Below, one piece after another: positions 56,554-64,000 of a stretch of 64,000 bases of DNA. Within the stretch, counting starts at the first letter, position 1. The number at the start of each line of letters is the position of its first letter. The position numbers and the translations under genes are program-made. Location: NCBI GenBank assembly GCA_027486655.1, contig JAIXOR010000067.1:21280-85279 (forward strand). The letters are read 5' to 3'. Below the pieces are notes generated by a model. The model searched no databases and was not told the origin of the DNA. It saw only the letters and a program-made list of their open reading frames with translations. The stretch is from Verrucomicrobiaceae bacterium (lineage in GTDB: Bacteria; Verrucomicrobiota; Verrucomicrobiia; Verrucomicrobiales; Akkermansiaceae).

Positions 56554-57528
56554 ATGAAACGCCATCTCGTGGCCGTCTTGTGGGTCGCCTCGTGGGTCTG
56601 CGCGGCCCACGCCTCCCCCGCCCTGCCGGAAATGCATTGGGCGGACACTTCGAGCGGCCGACCGTTTTCAAAGGACCCCTCGGTCATCCGCTTCGGCGGG
56701 GCCTATCTGATGTATTACTCACTGCCCGGGCCCGGTGAGGGTATCGGCGGTTGGTCGGTGGGCATCGCCCGCAGCCGGGACCTCGTCCATTGGGAGAAGG
56801 TGGGCTCGGTCAAGCCGACGCAGGAATGCGACCGCAAGGGCCTCGCCGCACCTGCCGCCTGGGTCCGCCACGGCAAGGTCCATCTGTTCTATCAGACGTA
56901 TGGCAACGGCCGCAAGGATGCGATCTGCCATGCCTGGTCGGAGGACGGCGTGAACTTCACGCGCAATCCGGAAAATCCGGTATTCGCGCCGACGGGAGAT
57001 TGGACGGTGGGGCGCGCCATCGATGCCGAGGTCTTCCCCGTGGGCGACCGCCTCTTCCTTTGGTTCGCCACAAGGGACCCGAAGATGGAAGTCCAGATGC
57101 AAGGAGTGGCCGCGGCACCGATCGATTCCGGATACGGCCGGGCCAGCTGGAAGCAGTTGGTCAACGGCCCCATCCTCAAACCCGAACTGCCTTGGGAACG
57201 GAAATGCATCGAGGCGGCCTCCGTGATGCGACGGGATGGCAAGCTGTGGATGTTCTACGCCGGTGGCTACAACAACGAACCCCAACAGATCGGCGTGGCG
57301 AGCTCGACGGATGGCGTGACCTGGAAGCGCGTCCGCGACCAGCCGCTGCTACCCAACGGACCACCGGGATCCTGGAACGCCTCCGAGTCCGGCCACCCCG
57401 GTGTGTTTGTGGATGAGGATGGGACGACCCATCTCTTCTTCCAAGGCAACAACGACCAAGGAAAAACCTGGTATCTGTCCAAAGTGAGGATCGTTTGGAA
57501 AGACGGTCTTCCCGTCGTGGCCGAGTGA
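56554..57528 (+). CDS. Secreted five-bladed beta-propeller glycoside hydrolase (GH43/32/130-like)
   Basis: KDPSVIRF, AIDAEVF, CIEAASV, SGHPGVF repeats; signal peptide. Confidence 0.75.
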   Translation: MKRHLVAVLWVASWVCAAHASPALPEMHWADTSSGRPFSKDPSVIRFGGAYLMYYSLPGPGEGIGGWSVGIARSRDLVHWEKVGSVKPTQECDRKGLAAPAAWVRHGKVHLFYQTYGNGRKDAICHAWSEDGVNFTRNPENPVFAPTGDWTVGRAIDAEVFPVGDRLFLWFATRDPKMEVQMQGVAAAPIDSGYGRASWKQLVNGPILKPELPWERKCIEAASVMRRDGKLWMFYAGGYNNEPQQIGVASSTDGVTWKRVRDQPLLPNGPPGSWNASESGHPGVFVDEDGTTHLFFQGNNDQGKTWYLSKVRIVWKDGLPVVAE

Positions 57529-57549
57529 GCCCCGCCGGATGCACAAGAC

Positions 57550-60333
57550 TCAGCGCGCCTCGAACTTCCACGATCCGGGGCCGACGATGAAGGTGGCGAA
57601 ACCATCCACCGGCGGACCGGCTTCCAGGCCATCGACCGATCCCGCAGCCCGCCCCTGGAGCCAGACGGTGGTCTGGCCGACACGCACCGCACCGAAGCCA
57701 AGCTCACGCAGGGGAATGAACACCGTGGCACGGGTGCCGGCAGGAGACTCCAGCGCCAGATGGAAGCGATCCGCCTGACGCGCGATCCTCAAACCGATGC
57801 GGCCTTTCACCGTGTCGAATCCGGTCTCGATCCGCGCGAGCCCGGCGGGCATCGGCTTGACCTGATAGGTCGCGTATCCCGGTGAGGTCGGTGCCACCCC
57901 GGCGACGTATTCATGCATCAACGTGAGCGGACCGCCGGTCCATGCGTGATTGAGCGTGCCGGCACGGCTGAACAACTCCCAGAGCGTGCTGGTCTCGCTT
58001 TCCACCATCTCCTTGTAACGATTCCGCATGCGCTCAAGGGCCTTGGCCGGTTGGTTCATTTGAAACAAGGATTCGAGGACATACTTCTCCAGATAGGGAC
58101 TCGCATGGAAACTCCCGGCAAGAACCTGTTGGATGGCGGCATGTTTGTCCGCTCCGGCGATTCCGGAAACCACGGCCATGCCCTGCGCCCGGTCGTCCGT
58201 CGCGCCCTTGTAGCCTGGATCCCGATACGAGGTGCCATTCCAGAAGACGCGGTTGGTGGCATCGACGATCGACTGGCGTTGTTTCCGATAGGCCTCCGCT
58301 TCCTGAGGCATGCCGAGCTCCGCAGCGATCCGGGCGGCTCCATCCAGCGCGAGGCAATACCAGGCCTGGTCCAGCACGCGGATGTCCACATTTTCGCCCC
58401 AGTCCGCCCAGTCCCAACCATTCTCGCCGGAGCGGTGGACAATCAATCCGTCGCCATCGATCTGCCAGATCGAAAGATAGTCCCGCACGTGCGGATAGAG
58501 ATCGGCGAGCGCCTGTTTGTCACCGGTATGGAGGTAATACGTCCAGAATCCGTAGGTGCCGATGCTTGCGAGCATCTGCTGGGGCAGTTCCTTGTCCCAG
58601 TTGCCCGCGGGTATGGGCGAGAAGAAGGTTTTGCTGGGGCGCTGCCACTTGGCGAGATTGTACATGCACTTGCGGATCAGCGCGTGGCTCTTGGTATCGA
58701 AGGTCCGGAACACCTGGGCGAGCTGGATCACGATGTCCCCCCACCAGGCGGCACGCTCGCGGTCCGGGCAATCGAAGAACGTGTCCCGCATGTTGATGTA
58801 AAGCGTGCGCTCGCACTTGGCGGCGAGTTGGTTCAGGAACGCATCGTCACAGGCGAAGCGGCCGGTGAACTCGGTGTCGTAGCCGGACTCGCGGTATTTC
58901 AACCCGAGAATCCGCACATCCTCCGGGATCTGATAGATCACGGCATGCCCGCTCATCCAGGCGGGTGTCTCGAATTCCTGCTCGCCCTCCCTCGTGACAT
59001 ACTCGGCGAGGATTTCGTTGGCCGTGTTGTCCGTGCTCATCCGGATCAGGCGGCCCGCCGGAGCGGAGACCTTCAGCCAGGGAGTGATCTGGGCGTTGTG
59101 GGGAAGGACCGCGCGGATCGCCGCATTCCTCCCCTGCCGCGGCAGCTCGGACGCGTTGGTGTAGTCCTTCAGGCCGAAGTCCTTCCACTGCGGGATCGAG
59201 CGCTTCCAAAGCCGGTTCCAGGGGGCGGCGGGCGGCGCGCCGAAGTCCGCCGCCACCGGCCATGCGGCATCGTCAAACGAGGGCTCCGTCCAACCCGCGG
59301 GCTCAAGCCGCGCATCGAACTTCACCGAGCTCTCCGCCAGGCGGAAGTTCGGCGTATTGGAAGCCTGGCCGAACGATGGATGCCGCATCATCTTCCAATC
59401 CGGACCGGTTCCGACGCGCGTTCCATCCGCATCGAGCTCGAAGAGAAAACCCGGCTTGCCACTGTTCTTGTGGGAGAAGCCTTCCTTGCCGAAAAACCAG
59501 GCGAGCACCGCGATCTGGTTGTCCCCGGCCTGGAGATGCGGGGCGAGGTCGACTTCATCATAATACGTGTCCTGCGGGTTGGGTCCGCGTTTCACGCCAC
59601 CCTCGCGCACCACCATCCGGCCGTTGATCCAAAGCCAGTATTTCGAATCCACCGCGATCCGGGCCACGGCTGAAACCGGCTTGCCCGGCAGCTTCAGGCG
59701 CTTGCGGAAACAGGTCCAGAGATTGGAAACCGCCGCATCTCCCTCGGTGCGCAGCCCCTGCCACGGACCGCTGCCCGGGCCGCCGATGACCCGCGCGGCC
59801 TTGGACATCGCCTGCCATGAGCCATCCGTCACCACATCCAGCGCCGGCATGCCATCGAGCTCGATGCGCAGACGACCGATGAGCCCCGCCGCCTGGATGG
59901 CGCCGCTGTCCGCATCATTCTCCGCCTCGATCACGATCTCGTTGGTTCCCGGACGCAGTGAGGCCGATGGATCCAGCAAACCCGGCTGCCGCCAATCGCC
60001 GCCACCACCGACAAGCGTGCCATTCACGATCAGACGAAAGCGGTTGTCCGCGGCGATCAAGGCCCCGGCCCGCTTCACCCGCGAGCCGGCCGGCAGTTCG
60101 ATCACTTTGTGGAATCGGCGCAGCCCCGCAGGCGCGCGTGTGGCCGGATCACTCCCGGGCTCATCCGCCCAGATCCAGTTCGCACCCTCAAGACGCAGCG
60201 GCAGCGGGCCTTCCTGCCCCACCCAGCGGGCGGACCAGACATGATCCGAGGGGGCCTCGGCCCGGAGCAACGGGCAAAGCGCGGCAGGAGCTAACAGAAC
60301 GATCGCGGCAAGTTTCGGGAGTCGGCGGCACAT
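57550..60333 (-). CDS. Alpha-L-rhamnosidase (GH78), multidomain, secreted
   Basis: Two N-terminal WIW/ADN-type beta domains, DCPDRER..WWGD, WADWG, TLWELF, NHAW. Confidence 0.88.
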   Translation of the reverse strand: MCRRLPKLAAIVLLAPAALCPLLRAEAPSDHVWSARWVGQEGPLPLRLEGANWIWADEPGSDPATRAPAGLRRFHKVIELPAGSRVKRAGALIAADNRFRLIVNGTLVGGGGDWRQPGLLDPSASLRPGTNEIVIEAENDADSGAIQAAGLIGRLRIELDGMPALDVVTDGSWQAMSKAARVIGGPGSGPWQGLRTEGDAAVSNLWTCFRKRLKLPGKPVSAVARIAVDSKYWLWINGRMVVREGGVKRGPNPQDTYYDEVDLAPHLQAGDNQIAVLAWFFGKEGFSHKNSGKPGFLFELDADGTRVGTGPDWKMMRHPSFGQASNTPNFRLAESSVKFDARLEPAGWTEPSFDDAAWPVAADFGAPPAAPWNRLWKRSIPQWKDFGLKDYTNASELPRQGRNAAIRAVLPHNAQITPWLKVSAPAGRLIRMSTDNTANEILAEYVTREGEQEFETPAWMSGHAVIYQIPEDVRILGLKYRESGYDTEFTGRFACDDAFLNQLAAKCERTLYINMRDTFFDCPDRERAAWWGDIVIQLAQVFRTFDTKSHALIRKCMYNLAKWQRPSKTFFSPIPAGNWDKELPQQMLASIGTYGFWTYYLHTGDKQALADLYPHVRDYLSIWQIDGDGLIVHRSGENGWDWADWGENVDIRVLDQAWYCLALDGAARIAAELGMPQEAEAYRKQRQSIVDATNRVFWNGTSYRDPGYKGATDDRAQGMAVVSGIAGADKHAAIQQVLAGSFHASPYLEKYVLESLFQMNQPAKALERMRNRYKEMVESETSTLWELFSRAGTLNHAWTGGPLTLMHEYVAGVAPTSPGYATYQVKPMPAGLARIETGFDTVKGRIGLRIARQADRFHLALESPAGTRATVFIPLRELGFGAVRVGQTTVWLQGRAAGSVDGLEAGPPVDGFATFIVGPGSWKFEAR

Positions 60334-60407
60334 GGTCGGAATACGGCGGGATTAGCGGGAAATATCGTCTCACGCCAACGAAAACCGGATCAAAACCGGG
60401 AGTCGTT

Positions 60408-61895
60408 TCAAGCCTCCCGTCCGCCGCTGCGCAGGGCTTCCAGGCGCGTGCGCGACAAGGGATACTTGCGGATCGCAAGGAGCGAGGCCAGGCAGATGAG
60501 CGCGCCCGCCACGAAGGTCACCATGCCGAGATTCCAAACGGCGGAGGCGGACTGGGTCACCTTTTCACCGGCCTTGGGCACCTGATAGCCGATGCCGCTG
60601 AGGCACCACCCGGAGACCACCAGGCTGAAGGAGATCGCCATGCGCATCGCCAGGCTGAAGACCGCCGAATATCCACCATCGCGCACTTCGCCGGTCTCGA
60701 TGCGCCTCACCTCGCTGACGTCCGCCATCATCGCCGTGGAAACCGGCAGCATGATCCCGTTGCCCAGCCAATAGGCGGCATGGAACACGACGAAGAGGAT
60801 GAGGGCCACGGGAACGGTGAACCCGCCCGCTTGCCACTCGGCGCCGGGTTTCACCCAGCCGGTCAGGAAGATCAAGGCCAGCAGGATGTTGCAGACGATG
60901 CTCAGTCCGCCGCCTAACAGAACAGCGCCCTTCTTGTCGAGCACCCGGGTGAGGCGCGTGCAGATCATCGCACCGAGAGCCATGCCGACCATGGTGCTGC
61001 CGTGCGCCACCGAGGTATGGCTCAACTCCAGGCCGCCGAGCAGGATCTTCCCGGCGGTGAAATGCATGAAGTCGTCATACACGAACATCTGCAGCGAACT
61101 GACGATGACCATGCCCGCACAGACGATGAAAATGAAGATGAAGACCCAGCGTGGATTCGGATCGGCGAGGATCTGTTTCATCTCGATGAAGAAGGCCTTG
61201 AACCAGCCGTGCTCCGACGTGGCGGGAGCCTCGCGGGTGTCCTGCCTCCAGCGCAGGGTGAAAAGGCAGACCATCACCACGAAAAGCGCGGTGGCGATGG
61301 CGAAGGTGCCTCCCATGTGGTGGTAGTTCGCCTCGACGGTGGTGGCGGCGACGCCATCCTTGTCCTTGAAGAAAAAGGTCCAGGCCATGGCCGGTCCCGC
61401 GAAGTTGGCGATCATGTTGAACACCCAGCGCATGCCCTGGATCCGCGAACGGTCCTGATAGTCCGTGCACATCTCAAAGCCGAGGGCGAGATACGGAATG
61501 AAGAACATCGTCAACCCGGTGCGGAGCAGCAGGTTCATCGAAACGAGATACCAGAAAATCGACATCTGGTCGTCCCGGAAACCGGCGGGCACGGTCCAGA
61601 TCAGGTAGGAACAAACCGCCATCAGCAGGCCGCCCACGAGCATGTAGGGATGCCGGCGTCCCCAGCGGCTGCGGGTGTTGTCGCTGATGTGGCCCATGAC
61701 CGGCTCGGTGATGGCCTCCCAGAACACGGAAAGCGACATGGCGAAGCCGGCCCATTTGGGGTCGAGTCCGAGCGCCTTGGTGTAGAACAGCATGGCAAAG
61801 CCGAAGATGCCGTTCATCACGAGTGAATTGGCACACTCGCCCAGCGAATAGGTCATCATGCTGCCGGTGGGGCAGGACTTGGGTTTTGGATTCAT
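60408..61895 (-). CDS. MFS sugar transporter, GPH/MelB family
   Basis: YSLGE, EPVMGHISDNTRSRWGRRHPY, MMADV..ETG..RDGGY. Confidence 0.9.
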   Translation of the reverse strand: MNPKPKSCPTGSMMTYSLGECANSLVMNGIFGFAMLFYTKALGLDPKWAGFAMSLSVFWEAITEPVMGHISDNTRSRWGRRHPYMLVGGLLMAVCSYLIWTVPAGFRDDQMSIFWYLVSMNLLLRTGLTMFFIPYLALGFEMCTDYQDRSRIQGMRWVFNMIANFAGPAMAWTFFFKDKDGVAATTVEANYHHMGGTFAIATALFVVMVCLFTLRWRQDTREAPATSEHGWFKAFFIEMKQILADPNPRWVFIFIFIVCAGMVIVSSLQMFVYDDFMHFTAGKILLGGLELSHTSVAHGSTMVGMALGAMICTRLTRVLDKKGAVLLGGGLSIVCNILLALIFLTGWVKPGAEWQAGGFTVPVALILFVVFHAAYWLGNGIMLPVSTAMMADVSEVRRIETGEVRDGGYSAVFSLAMRMAISFSLVVSGWCLSGIGYQVPKAGEKVTQSASAVWNLGMVTFVAGALICLASLLAIRKYPLSRTRLEALRSGGREA

Positions 61896-61916
61896 GGAGT
61901 GACGGTTGGAAGGACT

Positions 61917-63959
61917 TTACTGGAAGCGGCCGAAGGCACGGAGTTCCTGGACAGAGAGCGGAGCACCCGGAACGGCGCGGCGGATGCGGAGGTAGCGGGC
62001 GCGGGTGTCGGCTGGCAGCGCGATCCTGGCGAGCGGCGGGGTGACAAGTTCGAGCGCGGCGTTTTCCGTAGCTTCAAGGACGGTGAGCTGGTCGCCGATC
62101 TTGATTTCCACGCGCAGGCGTTTCACCTGGTTCGGCGCGGGATCACCACCACAGAGCGAGCGGTCGGCGGGGACGGTGGTGACGCCGAACTTCAAGCGCT
62201 CGCGCACCACGGTAGTGACGTCGACTTCCTGGCCGGCGATGCCGTAGGTGGCCTTGACGATCTCGGGGAGAGGCGCGGCGGAGGAAGAAACGGGCAGAGC
62301 TTTGGCGCCGGCGAAATCCGGATCGAGCGAAACCTCGACAACGACGTCCTTGCCGACCCTTCCGAGCACTTCGATGCGGGACAGTTTGGCGGCTTGGCCG
62401 AGGTCGATGCGGCCGGAGGGCGTGGGATCGGCAGGCGGCGCTTCGTTGCCCTCGGTCCGGCCCTCGGGGCGCGAGCGCCAGGCGGTGGCGGGGTCGCCAT
62501 CGACGGCGGCGAAGGCCCAGGCCGAGCCGCCCTGCGGGCCGGGATCCGGGAAGGACGAACCGCGGAAGGCTTTCCACAGCGCGAGGTTCTGCTCGGGAGA
62601 ATCGTCCGCCACCTTGAGGGCGAAGACGGTGTGGAGCGGGTTCCAGCTTTCGCCTTCGGGCAGGGTGAGCTTCACGCCCGTGGCGTCCTGCACCATGGCG
62701 GCGGGCTTTTTGTTAGAAAGCAGCAGGGCCTTGGAAAACTTCCGGCCATCGGCGGGCGGCGGGAGTTGGACGCTGCGAGATCCATCTGCCGGCGGTGTGA
62801 GGATGTGGATGTATTCGATCGAGTCGTCGGTGGCGCGGGTGGCGACACCGCCCCATTTCAGATCGGGGATGCGGGTGCCCTGGGCGGTCGGCCACGAGAC
62901 GCTGGCATAGGTGTTCTTGATCGAGGCCGCGACGGGTTTCATCCAGCCAGCGAGGCGGTCCATCGTTTCGGCGACGCCGGTTTCCCAACCGCCGCCGGCG
63001 AAATTGCCGGCCGCCCACTGGGTGCCGCCACCTTCGTGGTTCGCGCCGGCCTGGAGGACGGTGTAGCGGTACATGTCCTCGGCCTTAAAGTAAGTGGCGC
63101 TCTCGGCGGCGGGCTTGGTGGCCCACCAGGCGGGCGTGAAGATCGTGCCGACCGGCATGCGCCAGGCCGGCCAGGCGTTGCCGTCGCGGTTGGCGAACTC
63201 ACCCCAGTGCGCGTATTCCTTGCAGCCGACGTCGAGCGAGTAGGTGGTGCCGTACCAATTCTGCTCCATCGCGAGATCGGGTTGCAGCGACTTCACGGTC
63301 TGGCGCAGGCGCGGGTAGTCGACCACCCGCCAGCTGTCGCCTGCGGCGCTGCCCTCGTCGGAGAAGATGCCGATGATGTCGTCGCCGTAGCGCTCGATCA
63401 GTTCGTGGTAGAGCTCGTTGGTGAAGTCGTTCCACTTCTTGCGGTCGAACTTCGCCCAATCGGGATCGGTGCCGTTGGGGCCGCCCCAGCCGGTTTTCAC
63501 CTGGTCTTCCGGGCCGAGGTCGTGGCCGTCGCGCGGGTGGGTGTAGAGCATCACCTTGATGCCCTTCGCTTTACAGGCGTCGATCGCGTCGCGCAGCACG
63601 TCGCGCTCGCAGCGGTGTTTTTCGAGGCCCCACTTCTTCATCGTCTCGCTGGGGAAGAGCGGGTTGATGTTGTAGTGCCAGGCGGTGAGGATGACGTATT
63701 CGACGCCCCAGCGGTCGAGGTCGTTGGCGAAACCCTTGGCGTCGAAGGCGCGCGCGAATTCGTCGAAGGTGGCGGGCACCTTGCCGTCGCGGTCGATGGT
63801 GAAGCGTTTCTCAGGTGAGCCGCCCCAGACGTAGTGGACGAAGAATCCGTGCTTCGACTTGAGGAACTCGGCCATGCCATTGGTCTCGGCCTTCAGGCCG
63901 GAAAACGGAACCATCAGCGCGGCAGTGGCGAGCAGGGAAAGGCGGGAGCGGGACGTCAT
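61917..63959 (-). CDS. GH29 (alpha-L-fucosidase)-like hydrolase with discoidin-like and DUF3395-like lectin domains
   Basis: HGFFVHY, FDAKGF, YVILTAWH, GIKVMLY, IFSDEG; AVDGDPATAW; IVKATYG..DVT..GDPAP. Confidence 0.7.
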   Translation of the reverse strand: MTSRSRLSLLATAALMVPFSGLKAETNGMAEFLKSKHGFFVHYVWGGSPEKRFTIDRDGKVPATFDEFARAFDAKGFANDLDRWGVEYVILTAWHYNINPLFPSETMKKWGLEKHRCERDVLRDAIDACKAKGIKVMLYTHPRDGHDLGPEDQVKTGWGGPNGTDPDWAKFDRKKWNDFTNELYHELIERYGDDIIGIFSDEGSAAGDSWRVVDYPRLRQTVKSLQPDLAMEQNWYGTTYSLDVGCKEYAHWGEFANRDGNAWPAWRMPVGTIFTPAWWATKPAAESATYFKAEDMYRYTVLQAGANHEGGGTQWAAGNFAGGGWETGVAETMDRLAGWMKPVAASIKNTYASVSWPTAQGTRIPDLKWGGVATRATDDSIEYIHILTPPADGSRSVQLPPPADGRKFSKALLLSNKKPAAMVQDATGVKLTLPEGESWNPLHTVFALKVADDSPEQNLALWKAFRGSSFPDPGPQGGSAWAFAAVDGDPATAWRSRPEGRTEGNEAPPADPTPSGRIDLGQAAKLSRIEVLGRVGKDVVVEVSLDPDFAGAKALPVSSSAAPLPEIVKATYGIAGQEVDVTTVVRERLKFGVTTVPADRSLCGGDPAPNQVKRLRVEIKIGDQLTVLEATENAALELVTPPLARIALPADTRARYLRIRRAVPGAPLSVQELRAFGRFQ

Positions 63960-64000
63960 GAGTAATTACAGGCGTTCGAGGCGTATCGCGGTGTGGACGG

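Overview
GC-rich bacterial DNA, probably Verrucomicrobiota (Luteolibacter/Haloferula-like). This is inferred from the PEP-CTERM/exosortase system, many glycoside hydrolases and a sulfatase, and A/C-rich start contexts. Layout: (1-12.6 kb) housekeeping and transport genes, tRNA-Val(GAC), and a BlaI-family regulator fused to a histone H1-like tail; (12.6-44 kb) a large Wzx/Wzy exopolysaccharide locus with exosortase, PEP-CTERM proteins, a stand-alone Hpt and an AT-rich FkbM cassette; (44-56.5 kb) a signalling cluster; (56.5-64 kb) sugar hydrolases and an MFS transporter. The main finding is the signalling cluster. A bacterial nitric oxide synthase lies next to a FIST-domain (NosP-like) sensor, its hybrid histidine kinase, a His-less Hpt-like protein and an NtrC-like regulator with a degenerate AAA+ domain. 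A 15-bp palindrome, GTGCAA-N3-TTGCAC, occurs 10 times by eye (4 perfect), always intergenic, in front of the NO genes and of the EPS/PEP-CTERM genes. Together these suggest a self-contained circuit that makes and senses NO and controls the surface matrix; this is inference, not demonstrated. All domain calls come from motif recognition by eye; no database searches were run.
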